Assembly (NCBI GenBank): GCA_943354965.1
Contig: CALRDN010000004.1
Span: forward strand, 13,121 to 77,120
DNA from: Candidatus Peribacteria bacterium
Lineage (GTDB): Bacteria > Patescibacteriota > Gracilibacteria > UBA1369 > UBA12463
DNA: 64,000 bases
Direction of reading: 5' to 3'
The translations under genes were made by a program, and so were the position numbers. The notes beneath the pieces were generated by a model. It was not told the DNA's origin and made no database searches. It saw only the letters and a list, made by a program, of their open reading frames with translations. Each line of letters opens with the position of its first letter. The first letter of the stretch is position 1. Positions 20,557 through 30,389 of the stretch are shown here, piece after piece.

Positions 20557-22260
20557 TTAAAACTTCCAATCCTGATCTCCTGATGGCACTGCGACGGAAT
20601 AGATCGTAGGTAAGCCAATATGGCCCTTTGTATCTTCATCGTAGTTATGAGCATCCTTGTCATAGAGGAGCCAGTTCTTAGAACCAACATCGAGGTTGTA
20701 CCAGTTAGACTTGCTACCACTCAACCAGACACCCTTATCTTTAAAAATATTATAGAGACTCGTAGCATTTTCTCCACCGCTTGAGTAGAAAACAATCTTC
20801 TTCAAGGAGTCAGCAGGAACGATACCAGGTCCATTATTCGTAAAAATAACCTCTCCATCACCAGCACTCACGATAGGATTTGGACGAGCAATCTTCTCCG
20901 TCACATACTTACTTGCGATAACGACTGGCTTATTAGACGCATCAGAAAAGGCAAAATCAACATCTACCTTTCCCCATTCAGCTGTATCGCTTGGAAGTGG
21001 AATACCAGGGAATGGAATACGAACCTTCACAGCAAGACTGCCATCCTTCTGGTCGGCAAATGTAGAAGAACCAGCAGAAAGTGCATTTTCAGCAAATGTT
21101 ACATTGCCATTAATAACCTGAATATTGTATGGACCCTCATGGACAATCTGCCAAGCCTTGTCTCCCCAATGTGGATTCTTCAAAACCTTAATACGGAGAT
21201 TTTTGTCAGTAACAGTCTTATAGCTATCAACAAAAACTCGATAACTTACATATAAATCACCGCTATTCACATCCTGCTTTTCTGAACCTGCTACACGTTC
21301 CCATTTCAGATACTTAGAAAGAGTAGCAAGATTCTGCTCATGCGTCTGGGTTACGGCTGGAACTACAGCCGGGACAACAGCCGGAACTACCACCACCGGA
21401 GTTTGCGGAATAGGTCTCGTAGTAGCGACAATACTCTCACGAGCAGGAGCAAGCTTGATCCAGACGAGGAAGTATCGCGTTAGGGCAAACCTTTCTAGAT
21501 TCTCAACCTTCTCAAAGGTATTACGAGTAGTGAGATGCCATACCGATAACACTCGATCCTTATACAACGCGGTCATATCAGAGATCTTCGATGTATTAGA
21601 AGGGAGAAGAACCCAACCGCCCAATTTAGCGTCCATTGGTGCGCTATTAGCAGCAACACTCAGTGCAGTAGACGTCATCTGTACCGGAGATGTGAGACCA
21701 TACGATACCGTATCTCTCTCTGTCATGACGACCACACCCCTATTGGCAGGAATAACAAAAGAATTCAAATCGTTAGTTTTGATTTCATACGTATCTCTAA
21801 ACGGACCCTTGGCAAAGGTATAAAAACCCTGAGCGCGTCCAAGCTCACCCGATGAGTAATAAGCCAAAATCAAACGATTAGCCACAGGATCAATCCCACG
21901 GAAAATCTCCCCCATAGTCGTCTCCTTGTTCGTGAAGAGATAATTTGTCCCTGCAGGAATACTGGTAGCAACAGGATTTTTGACCTTGAGACTTGGAAGA
22001 CTATTGAGAAAAGCCTGACGATCATTCGCCTGATATTGGATATAACCAAACGTCGGATCAATAAAAGCCCCCTGACCCACGGCAGCTATCTGCAATGATG
22101 GAGGCGGTTCGTTATCCCGTCGAGATTCATTCCGTACATCAACAGCAACCGTGACAAAAAGAGCAACGGCGAGAAATGCAAGACCCCCAAGTATCACTTT
22201 CCGCAAGCCCTTGGAGAGTGGATTAACCTTAGCATGATGAGACTTCGATCGATGAACCAT
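20557..22260 (-). CDS. Membrane-anchored exported hypothetical protein
   Basis: 567 aa; N-terminal TM; VVPA-repeat linker separating two domains. Confidence 0.8.
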   Translation of the reverse strand: MVHRSKSHHAKVNPLSKGLRKVILGGLAFLAVALFVTVAVDVRNESRRDNEPPPSLQIAAVGQGAFIDPTFGYIQYQANDRQAFLNSLPSLKVKNPVATSIPAGTNYLFTNKETTMGEIFRGIDPVANRLILAYYSSGELGRAQGFYTFAKGPFRDTYEIKTNDLNSFVIPANRGVVVMTERDTVSYGLTSPVQMTSTALSVAANSAPMDAKLGGWVLLPSNTSKISDMTALYKDRVLSVWHLTTRNTFEKVENLERFALTRYFLVWIKLAPARESIVATTRPIPQTPVVVVPAVVPAVVPAVTQTHEQNLATLSKYLKWERVAGSEKQDVNSGDLYVSYRVFVDSYKTVTDKNLRIKVLKNPHWGDKAWQIVHEGPYNIQVINGNVTFAENALSAGSSTFADQKDGSLAVKVRIPFPGIPLPSDTAEWGKVDVDFAFSDASNKPVVIASKYVTEKIARPNPIVSAGDGEVIFTNNGPGIVPADSLKKIVFYSSGGENATSLYNIFKDKGVWLSGSKSNWYNLDVGSKNWLLYDKDAHNYDEDTKGHIGLPTIYSVAVPSGDQDWKF

Positions 22261-22329
22261 ATATATGTTTGTTATTTATTTATGTATATTATAACACAAT
22301 TAAGATAACAAAGCAATGGCGTCAATATA

Positions 22330-22554
22330 CTACTTCTTAAAGAGCTGTTCAGCCTTGAGCTTCAGTACCAAGAAGAGATAGACGATCTCGAGAATTCCGG
22401 CAGAATTTATCACCAGAAGAGCCACAAACCACCAATGCTGACCTTTTCTTCCAGAGTGCCAAAGAGCTAATCCCTTCCAAAACAAACTCCACAAAAGCAA
22501 AAAACCCATCATCGGCAAAAATCCACGAAATCCCATTGGATTAAAATAGTTCAT
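22330..22554 (-). CDS. DUF5652-like small membrane protein
   Basis: WSLFWKGLALWHSGRKGQHWWFVALLVINSAGILEIVYL. Confidence 0.85.
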   Translation of the reverse strand: MNYFNPMGFRGFLPMMGFLLLWSLFWKGLALWHSGRKGQHWWFVALLVINSAGILEIVYLFLVLKLKAEQLFKK

Positions 22555-22628
22555 AGAAGAAAGGTTAGAGGAATATACGGTAAGTATACTCTCCTGATAA
22601 ATCTTTGTATAAATTTAGCTGAGCTTGT

Positions 22629-23267
22629 TTATTCAGCTAACTCAACCATAATTTCATTTTTCAGGAATAAGGGAAAACTAAAAGGAGGATTGTACCCAGC
22701 ATAAATAGGCATCCCGACATATTTAACCCCCTTCGCACGTAAAGCATCAACAAGTTCCAGTTTTTTAGCCTCGACATTATCAGCAGTCGGATACCATCCA
22801 AAACTCAAAACTGCCATTTTCCTAGCAGGAACTTCACGCAACTTGACTCGGTCATCATTTGGAATTGGCAAAGTATCCATTGAATACTTCGACGGCATAA
22901 CAAAAGCAACCTTTCGTGACTTTTCAGACTGCTTCTCTTCAGTCACCGGTACGGTCATAGCAATTTTTTCCGAACCCTCCTCGGTAACCGGTGCCGTCAT
23001 GGCAATAGACTCCTGGCTCTTATTGCCACCAAAAATATATCCCGCTATTCGCCGAAAACCTTCATTAAGAGCTTCTGAATAACCTACGTCCTCAATAACA
23101 GTTTCAGCTAGCAGGGAGGGCTCATACTGCCTGACTTCATAATTCTCATTTTGTTCCAAAACCTGATATTTCAACTGCTCAACATTGCGAATTACAAAAT
23201 AACTCCAAGTGACCCAAACCAACAACATAACTGCCAAAAAAATCAAAAAATAGACAAATTTGCTCAT
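22629..23267 (-). CDS. SOUL heme-binding protein
   Basis: YEVRQY, GFRRIAGYIFGGN, IAMTAPV, FVMPS, YNPP. Confidence 0.92.
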   Translation of the reverse strand: MSKFVYFLIFLAVMLLVWVTWSYFVIRNVEQLKYQVLEQNENYEVRQYEPSLLAETVIEDVGYSEALNEGFRRIAGYIFGGNKSQESIAMTAPVTEEGSEKIAMTVPVTEEKQSEKSRKVAFVMPSKYSMDTLPIPNDDRVKLREVPARKMAVLSFGWYPTADNVEAKKLELVDALRAKGVKYVGMPIYAGYNPPFSFPLFLKNEIMVELAE

Positions 23268-23384
23268 AGCAATAATGATAAACTAATAAAAACTAATTTA
23301 GTTTAACACGCCTCATGGCCTTTCTACCATTCTTTGTTTTTTATAAAATTCACAAACGACTCCCTGAAAACAATACTCACAAAA

Positions 23385-24101
23385 TCAACCTTTCGTCATA
23401 TAACGCTTCCTCTGCTCCCCAGAAAGCCGTTCAATCGCATATCGAAGCATCGTTCTCGGCATAGTTTTGTAATGCTCATCGAGGAACTGGAGTTCAGATT
23501 TTTCACTACACCGCTTTCCCACCTCTCGCAGCATCCAGCCGACAGCCTTTTGTATCAAGTCATGAGGATCATGCAAAAGTATTCGCGCGATCTCGATCGC
23601 ATCCGTAGCATCTCCATTTTTGATATAAGCAAACGTCGAAATAATGGCTATTCGTCGCTCCCACAAGGACTTCGAATGAGCAAGCGTTGTGAGTATTTTC
23701 TTAGGACGATTTTTGAGAAACTCCCCCACAATATATCCGGCACTCGAATCAACCAAATCCCAGTTATTAATCCACTGAGTATTGGCGAGATACAAATCAT
23801 ATATCGTTTCGCGCACCTCATCACTTTTCGCCTTCTGAAACTGACCAACCAAAATATAGAGAGCCAAAAGCCGAAACTCATGCTCCGGCGAATGCAACAA
23901 TGTCTCAATATCCACAACCGACAGCTGCGCATATGCTCGCGCAACCTTCCTCAACGAAGGCACCGTCACGCCAATAAACACATCCCCCTCCCCATACTGC
24001 CCCGCTCCCGTCTTAAAAAACCACACCGAATTCTTCGCCCTCTCCTTCGTCCCAAGCGAACGCACTTCCTGCTGCAATGTATAGAGTTCAGAGTGAGGCA
24101 T
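23385..24101 (-). CDS. DNA alkylation repair protein (AlkD-like)
   Basis: FFKTGAGQYGEGD, NNWDLVD, LIQKAVGWMLREVGK. Confidence 0.92.
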   Translation of the reverse strand: MPHSELYTLQQEVRSLGTKERAKNSVWFFKTGAGQYGEGDVFIGVTVPSLRKVARAYAQLSVVDIETLLHSPEHEFRLLALYILVGQFQKAKSDEVRETIYDLYLANTQWINNWDLVDSSAGYIVGEFLKNRPKKILTTLAHSKSLWERRIAIISTFAYIKNGDATDAIEIARILLHDPHDLIQKAVGWMLREVGKRCSEKSELQFLDEHYKTMPRTMLRYAIERLSGEQRKRYMTKG

Positions 24102-24127
24102 ATGAGTATCTTATGAATCTAGTACCC

Positions 24128-24451
24128 TTAAGCAGGAAACCGAAAAAGTACAGCTATAAAAAAGATGGTCGTCAGTAAATAGCAAGAAACAAGGTGATAT
24201 CGAAAGTGAGAGATTTTTATCCTTAGTTCATTCACCATCTCAGGTGATAGCTTTTTCACGTAACTCACATGAAAATAAAAAGCTGCGAAAAATAAAAATT
24301 GCCCCAATAATCCTGTTAAAAAACAGAGAGTAAAATTCACGATTGAAGCAAAATATGCAACTCCTACAAGGTCAATGAGAAAACCAAAAAAACCTAAGGC
24401 GCTCCAATGCGACATCTGTTTATTAATAGCCGAAAGTCGTCTCTGATCCAT
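24128..24451 (-). CDS. Hypothetical membrane protein
   Basis: ATG 24451 right after tRNA-Gln; three hydrophobic segments. Confidence 0.65.
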   Translation of the reverse strand: MDQRRLSAINKQMSHWSALGFFGFLIDLVGVAYFASIVNFTLCFLTGLLGQFLFFAAFYFHVSYVKKLSPEMVNELRIKISHFRYHLVSCYLLTTIFFIAVLFRFPA

Positions 24452-24460
24452 AGAATTATC

Positions 24461-24534
24461 TGGCTGGGGATGAGGGATTCGAACCCCCGATGCTGCCTCC
24501 AGAGGGCAGTGCCTTACCGCTTGGCGAATCCCCA
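24461..24534 (-). tRNA. tRNA-Gln(CTG)
   Basis: TGGGGATTCGCCAAGCGGTAAGGCA-CTGCC-CT-CTG-GA-GGCAG...GGTTCGAATCC...CCA. Confidence 0.96.
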
Positions 24535-24640
24535 ACGTAAAAAATGAACACGATGCGAAGCAGGGTGAATTGTACAAGAGGCACGGCAAATAGGCAATGG
24601 CTAAGGTGAAGCTGAGAAACGGCGAGAGATAGGTTTAAAA

Positions 24641-24913
24641 TTACATATCAATCTCGCAGTAGCCTCGATCACTATCGCCATCATCAGTCATTCGATCATC
24701 GGAAACAGGACGACGAGATGGCATAGGTGGCATATCATAGAGTCCGGGAACGGTAACGCCTATCCTTTGTCTCGTATCCCTCCGCTTTTCCTCCTCCTGC
24801 TTCTTGATCTGCTCAATAATGAAAGCGTCTAGAATAGTGTGCTGTTCCGGTGGGGTAATGACTACCCCACCTTCTAAATAAGAAAAATTAGGACCGACGT
24901 TGTCGAGTGCCAT
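24641..24913 (-). CDS. Hypothetical protein
   Basis: 90-aa ORF co-oriented after gmk, AT-rich start context. Confidence 0.7.
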   Translation of the reverse strand: MALDNVGPNFSYLEGGVVITPPEQHTILDAFIIEQIKKQEEEKRRDTRQRIGVTVPGLYDMPPMPSRRPVSDDRMTDDGDSDRGYCEIDM

Positions 24914-24989
24914 AAAAATGGGGGTTAAGAAAATAGGTTAGAAGCAAGTATACCTCTAATCAAATTCACAAAACAACACTTTATGAAAA

Positions 24990-25586
24990 TTATGACGTAA
25001 TCTCTTTTGCAATAATAACCTCCATGTCATTCGCCATGCGGTCGATCTCGCCGGGGATACTATCAATTTTGTACTTACAGATATCGGACTGATCAATCTC
25101 TTTTTGCGCGCTAATAAGCCGCTTCTCGATCTCTTCATCAGGAAGTTTTCCTCGCATGAGAATTCGTCGCTTGAGTTCATTCAGATCCGGAACGTAGATG
25201 AAGACACCAACCAAGTTTTCCGGAGGAACGATTTTCGAAACCGATTTGAATCCCTGAATATCAATCTCTCGGATAATAATCTTCCCCTCCTCGAGAGCCT
25301 GGAAGATCGGTCCCTTGAGGATGCCGTAATAATGGTCCTGATGGACCTCGGCCCACTCCAGGAACTCACCGCCCTCGATACCCTTTACAAACTCGTCCTT
25401 GCTTATGTAGTTATAGACCTCGCCCGGCTTCTCGCCAGGGCGTGGATCGCGCGTAGTACAGGAAAGCGGGAAAACATAGTGCGGATGGCGCTGTTTCAGC
25501 TTTGCGATCATTGATCCCTTGCCGGAACCCGAGGGTCCGACGACGAGGAAAAGCTTACCTGGTAATGACATATTTGTGACCTCCAT
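24990..25586 (-). CDS. gmk: Guanylate kinase
   Basis: GPSGSGKG, SCTTRDPRPGE, FLEWAEVH..YYG, EIDIQG. Confidence 0.95.
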   Translation of the reverse strand: MEVTNMSLPGKLFLVVGPSGSGKGSMIAKLKQRHPHYVFPLSCTTRDPRPGEKPGEVYNYISKDEFVKGIEGGEFLEWAEVHQDHYYGILKGPIFQALEEGKIIIREIDIQGFKSVSKIVPPENLVGVFIYVPDLNELKRRILMRGKLPDEEIEKRLISAQKEIDQSDICKYKIDSIPGEIDRMANDMEVIIAKEITS

Positions 25587-25649
25587 GGCCGCAAGTCTAC
25601 AACAAACTCATTCAAATCGCAAAACAGGAAAAGAATATCGCCTCAATGC

Positions 25650-25678
25650 TTGAAAAAATACCGAATTAATGGTAGAAT
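25650..25678 (+). promoter_or_regulatory. Strong sigma70 promoter pointing into ORF-free region
   Basis: TTGAAA-17-TAGAAT with extended TG. Confidence 0.65.
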
Positions 25679-25684
25679 ACTGAG

Positions 25685-26126
25685 ATTTATTCGTTCTTTG
25701 AAGAATACCGTAATACCCACCCCAGCTGCTTTTCTTTTCAGAGAAAAGTATGGAAACAAGGCGACAAACAATATAGGATTCTCGCTTTCTTCCCCTACTT
25801 TTCGATCATAGGCACGACGATGCCTGAAAAAAGTAGCCAAACAAAAACTTATCTTCGCGCTCTAAATATTGAATGCGAGATACAAAAACAAAAATAAACG
25901 AGATGAAGGTGAACCTCATCTATAAACAAAACACCAAAGGAAGGCAGGGGAACTCTCCGGTAGCGGAGAATACATGAAGGTTCGTCGACCATAATGTATG
26001 AACCGACCCTGTGTATGCTTCACCTGCGCATGAAAAATTTTTGCGTCAGATGGGAACATCCATAGAAGTTGGTCTAAAAAGAGCGTCTGTATACTATTAT
26101 ATTTGTATATCAGGCGCTCTTTTTTT
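25685..26126 (+). ncRNA. Candidate large structured ncRNA (about 440 nt), family not recognised
   Basis: Promoter, six or more consecutive hairpins with GU pairs on the plus strand, A/C-rich linkers, terminal hairpin plus T7. Confidence 0.6.
26076..26126. terminator. Bidirectional terminator (best on plus strand; also downstream of ssb)
   Basis: AAGAGCGTCTG-TATAC...GTATA-T-CAGGCGCTCTT followed by T-run. Confidence 0.8.
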
Positions 26127-26200
26127 GTGTGCGTAAAACAAAATCGCAATCAACGCTCGTCTTCCCCCAAGGGACAAATCTACTGATTCGCGCTCGCGTG

Positions 26201-26674
26201 CTAGAAAGGCAAATCTTCAATATTAATACTCTCCTCGATATCAGCTGTTGCAGGAGCGGAAGCCCGTACAGAGCTATGTCCTCGATCGCTGCTCGCCTCC
26301 TCGGAAGAGCCGCTGTCTGAGTATGATTCACTCATGCCGCCTTTCTTATCAAGCATAATCATATTGTCGAGAATAATTTCGGTCTTGTAACGCTTTGCGC
26401 CATCCTGACCCTCCCACTCTCTTGTCTGGATTCGTCCCTCGACGAAGACCTTGCTCCCCTTCTTCACATATTGAGAAACAATCTCTCCCAACTTTCTCCA
26501 TGCTACCAAGTTGTGAAACTCGGCCTTGTCCTGTTTCTGACCACTCTGATCCTTCCACGTGTAGTTCGTAGCGATACTAAATGTCGCAACGGTTGTACCG
26601 CCGGGAATCTGCTTCACATCCGGATCCTTCGTAACATTACCAATCAACTGCACACGATTCAGTGACATACTCAT
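26201..26674 (-). CDS. ssb: Single-stranded DNA-binding protein
   Basis: LNRVQLIGNVTKDP, VFVEGRIQTREW, acidic tail EDLPF. Confidence 0.97.
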   Translation of the reverse strand: MSMSLNRVQLIGNVTKDPDVKQIPGGTTVATFSIATNYTWKDQSGQKQDKAEFHNLVAWRKLGEIVSQYVKKGSKVFVEGRIQTREWEGQDGAKRYKTEIILDNMIMLDKKGGMSESYSDSGSSEEASSDRGHSSVRASAPATADIEESINIEDLPF

Positions 26675-26867
26675 AAAAAATTGGAGTTAAAAATACAAGT
26701 AACGGCACTGTATCAAATACCCCTTCAAAAAACAACACTCCCAAGTGGCAATTACATGCAAAGCAGGAAGTTGTTATATAATGTAATTTATGGTATAATT
26801 CGACAGTTAGAGGATTGCAAAATTATCCAAGAATCTGTACAGTATTTCGGCTCCCAGAAACATATAT

Positions 26868-27698
26868 ATGAATTTTAACGATTACACAAAAGGCCCAGCA
26901 GAATATCCCTTCCTCGAAGAGGTAGCGAGCGAGTATCTGATAAAACCCGACGGGAAGCCAACGCTCCTCACCTATCTTCTCAAGGACCTCGGCTGCACCA
27001 TTCATCCGGTATCAGAAGCCCACGGACTTACGCCGGTAGCACATGATGAAAAAATCCTCAGTCCAATGATAGATAAAGTTATCGAAGATTATATTCGATA
27101 TCATAATCATCATCCCGAAACCCATGATGAAACGGCGATTGGTGACGCCATGCGCGATCATACCTCGAGTTTCCTGGATCCAAATGATTTCATACCGGGA
27201 ACGGCAGATCTGAAACCGATATCCATAGATGATATACGTAGATTCATGCACGATACTATCCTCATGCGCGTAGGAAAAAGTAGTCACTTCAAGCACAATC
27301 CGCACATACAAAAATTACAGCATCGAATTAGTGAGATTTCCAAGGCACTCGCCATGGAAGTTTCCCATAGTGAAATATCAAGAATCGCAAAAGAAAGAAG
27401 CGACATTGTGCACAAAATACATCGAGAAGTAGGAGAAAAAGCAGGCTTCGAACGATTTACCGATCAGATGGATGCCCTTCGTAAAACCGTAAATAAAAAT
27501 GAGATAAAGAAAGTTGATACAGCAAATCCCATCAAGGATACAAATGTTCTCACACAATTTACAACCCTGAGGGCACTCGTCAGAGCCTGCAATAGAGAAA
27601 TGGGTATTGATACGGAAAACGAACAGAAGCGGCTACGTGAAGAAAGGGCAAGCGCTGAGATCAAGAAAAATCAGCCTAGGTGGAGATGGGCAGCGTAG
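26868..27698 (+). CDS. Hypothetical helical protein
   Basis: 276-aa ORF with TGGTATAAT upstream. Confidence 0.75.
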   Translation: MNFNDYTKGPAEYPFLEEVASEYLIKPDGKPTLLTYLLKDLGCTIHPVSEAHGLTPVAHDEKILSPMIDKVIEDYIRYHNHHPETHDETAIGDAMRDHTSSFLDPNDFIPGTADLKPISIDDIRRFMHDTILMRVGKSSHFKHNPHIQKLQHRISEISKALAMEVSHSEISRIAKERSDIVHKIHREVGEKAGFERFTDQMDALRKTVNKNEIKKVDTANPIKDTNVLTQFTTLRALVRACNREMGIDTENEQKRLREERASAEIKKNQPRWRWAA

Positions 27699-27841
27699 AT
27701 GACATCGTAGCCGGAACGATCGGGCAAAGAGCCTCCGAAGACGTTTCAAAGCGGAAAACCGTGTAGCCTGCGAGGAAAACAACCAGTATACTGAGAGCCA
27801 GCAAACACGACATACCATATATCTGACCGACCGTCGCACTC

Positions 27842-29113
27842 ATGAGTACTTTTCTCTTCATTCTAGGTAGGAAACCACTGATATCATTGGCGGAAATCAT
27901 TTCAATATGGGGTGAAAAATGTATAAAGGGTTTCGAGGATGAGTTGGCATTGGTGGAGTTGGATGAGGAGGATCCCCGCGTTCGTAACATTGAATCGACG
28001 CTACTACGCATGGGCGGAACGATGAAGATTGCGAAGGTATTCCAGGAATTCGACCGTGAGCCAGCCCTAGAAACACTCATCGAGAAGTCCTATGCAGGCG
28101 TACACTCCAGGATCATGGCGCTCAAAAAAGTTATCTTTGCCGCGAACACCTACAATCTACCAGAACGTTCTAACAAACTCGTGATAGATTTCTTAAAAAT
28201 ATATAAAAAATACCTGACAGAGCTAGGATACATGAGCCGATATCTCAACAAATCCAACGCCAACGTCGAGAGTGCCGTCGCCCTCACGGAAAATATTATT
28301 CGCAAAGGAGTAGAGTTCAATTTTGCGATGGTAGAGGGGAAATTCTACGGTACCTATAGCGTAGCCGCCCAAGACTTCCGACTCTATGCCGAACGCGACT
28401 ACAACAAGCCCTACCGTGACAACCAGGCGGGAATGCTTCCTCCAAAACTCGCTCAAATCATGATCAGCCTCGGCGAAGGAATGTGCAAAGACGTCGCGAC
28501 AAGCCTCCTCTACGACCCATTCTGCGGCAGTGGCACCATTCTTATGGAGTCTCTTCTTTGCCGTATCAACTGCATCGGATCCGACATTCGTCAGGAAACC
28601 GTTATCGGCGCCCAAGAAAACTGCGAATGGATCCAGAAAAATTTCGAACATACTCAACATTATACCTTCAAAACATTCCACCAGGACGTAACGAGCATGA
28701 ACCCTGAAGAAATTCTCAAACAGTACAACCCATCCATGGTCGTCTCCGAGAGCTTCCTCGGCCCCTACTTCAAGAAAAAGCCAACCGTAGCCGAAACCAG
28801 ACAGGTCCAACAAAACCTCGGCGACCTCTATAAAAAAGCCATTCAGAAGTTCGCCCAGCTCCACGTACCCATCGTATTCGCGATCGCCACACACCGAAAC
28901 GGTGCAACCGATTACGTCTTCAACGAACAAATTATCGAAGGTATCAAATCCTCCGGCCTCAAGTTCACTCCCCTCCTCCCCAACTGGATCCTCAAACGCT
29001 TCACTCCCGAACAAGCCCTCACAAAAGGCTACTGCCTCGACCGCCACACCCTCATCTACGACCGCGAAGACGCCATGGTCGGCAGAGAGATTTTCGTGTT
29101 AATGCCGCAGTAG
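27842..29113 (+). CDS. Trm11/THUMP-type RNA methyltransferase
   Basis: RDYNKPYRD..GMLPPKLAQIMI, DPFCGSGT, GSDI. Confidence 0.87.
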   Translation: MSTFLFILGRKPLISLAEIISIWGEKCIKGFEDELALVELDEEDPRVRNIESTLLRMGGTMKIAKVFQEFDREPALETLIEKSYAGVHSRIMALKKVIFAANTYNLPERSNKLVIDFLKIYKKYLTELGYMSRYLNKSNANVESAVALTENIIRKGVEFNFAMVEGKFYGTYSVAAQDFRLYAERDYNKPYRDNQAGMLPPKLAQIMISLGEGMCKDVATSLLYDPFCGSGTILMESLLCRINCIGSDIRQETVIGAQENCEWIQKNFEHTQHYTFKTFHQDVTSMNPEEILKQYNPSMVVSESFLGPYFKKKPTVAETRQVQQNLGDLYKKAIQKFAQLHVPIVFAIATHRNGATDYVFNEQIIEGIKSSGLKFTPLLPNWILKRFTPEQALTKGYCLDRHTLIYDREDAMVGREIFVLMPQ

Positions 29114-29117
29114 AAAA

Positions 29118-30041
29118 TTACACTTCTACCGCTGGCTGAGCATGGGCCATTTTCAAATAGTTCATCATTAATTTCCAAGGACGACTGCAATAATCCGCAT
29201 AGGTAACAGGATCTAAATCTACTTGATCTCCCTCAAAACGATTTAAAAGGGTGACGCACATACAAGCCGCAGGAATACCAAGCCGATTACAAAATGAAGC
29301 AAACCCCGCAGCCTCCATTTCAAAATTACGGACACCTTTATCATGCATTCGAGCTAAATAAGCCTGCTGCTCATCTTTCGTAAAATCACAATATGCCCCA
29401 TCCATTCGCGCCTGTTCATAATGAAAATCGTTATTGGATGATGTATTTCCCAATACCACCGAAATATCATCACGAACATCGAGAATTTTGCCAACAAGTT
29501 CCGGATCGAAATTCGTAGGAGCTACATTCACTAATTCACCCAAACGATGAAGCTTGTATTGAGCCTCTCCCGAAGGATCCACGCCATTTTCAGAAAGTAC
29601 AATCGTTCCCGGCTCAACTCCAATACCACCAGAAGTTCCCAATCGGAAATACTCAACATTTTTCACGCCTGCATGCGCCAAAAGCTTCGTGACCTCATGA
29701 AGCAAAATCGAGTGAGACGGCTGCCCCATTCCATGGGAAACAGAAATAACATCGCCAACTTTATAAAGGAAAAAACGATCCGTAGACCCAAGTGGCTTCA
29801 ATTCATCCTCGCTCATATCAGCACCCATACTTTCACCCGCAGCATTCGCAAAATCCTTTGCCATTGTGTCATTGAGCGTATGCGCAAAATCCCCTGCTCG
29901 ATGATTTGCACCATGCATAACAACATATCGAACATCGCCAAACATTTCCTTCAAATTATCTTTACTATTAAATCCCAAATGATAGAGCATATCCGTATTG
30001 AGATCGGCAAGATGGGGATTCGTTTCAGCAAGATTATTCAT
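29118..30041 (-). CDS. Uridine phosphorylase, eukaryote-type (UPP1-like)
   Basis: LYKVGDVISVSHGMGQPS..ILLHEVTKL, RLGTSGGIG, EQARMDGA, VRNFEME, CVTLLNRFEGDQ. Confidence 0.9.
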   Translation of the reverse strand: MNNLAETNPHLADLNTDMLYHLGFNSKDNLKEMFGDVRYVVMHGANHRAGDFAHTLNDTMAKDFANAAGESMGADMSEDELKPLGSTDRFFLYKVGDVISVSHGMGQPSHSILLHEVTKLLAHAGVKNVEYFRLGTSGGIGVEPGTIVLSENGVDPSGEAQYKLHRLGELVNVAPTNFDPELVGKILDVRDDISVVLGNTSSNNDFHYEQARMDGAYCDFTKDEQQAYLARMHDKGVRNFEMEAAGFASFCNRLGIPAACMCVTLLNRFEGDQVDLDPVTYADYCSRPWKLMMNYLKMAHAQPAVEV

Positions 30042-30287
30042 AAAGTTTAAAATAATGTTAGGAAGTTAATTTAATAGCATCCTCAAAACATGTCAACATA
30101 TCCAAAGCTGTGCGTGCGCACAAAGCTGAAGGACATTGACATATAAAATATATAATTTTTGAATTCTTCACGTGAAGACACATGGAGACACTCAATCAGA
30201 TATATCCTCGCTCGAAGCTGTAAATACACATTGAATTTCACCCTCAGGTTCGCTATAGTTGGCGGGCTAGTAATTTTGTCTCCGCGG

Positions 30288-30362
30288 TCCCTGATAGCTC
30301 AGCGGTAGAGCAACCGGCTGTTAACCGGTAGGTCGTTGGTTCGAATCCAACTCGGGGAGCCA
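30288..30362 (+). tRNA. tRNA-Asn(GTT)
   Basis: TCCCTGATAGCTCAGCGGTAGAGCA-ACCGG-CT-GTT-AA-CCGGT...GGTTCGAATCC...CCA. Confidence 0.96.
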
Positions 30363-30389
30363 GTTTAAAATCAACATGGATATATATCC

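Noticed and set aside
21351..21400. 12-bp tandem repeats
   Set aside because: They encode a VVPA linker with synonymous variation; not a CRISPR or DNA-level repeat
23334..24116. 260-aa plus-strand ORF
   Set aside because: Antisense shadow of the AlkD-like gene with no motifs
24452..24589. N-terminal extension of ORF 24128-24589
   Set aside because: Runs through tRNA-Gln; the true start is likely ATG 24451
25836..25865. AKQKLIFAL* resembles a tmRNA tag frame inside the candidate ncRNA
   Set aside because: No tRNA-like acceptor/T-arm or CCA end found; not called tmRNA without a covariance search
25643..26331. Short ORFs of 63-77 aa in the gmk-ssb spacer as type I toxins
   Set aside because: Non-ATG starts, no clean TM helix, and they cross terminator and promoter elements
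28223..29047. 274-aa minus-strand ORF
   Set aside because: Antisense shadow of the C-rich methyltransferase gene
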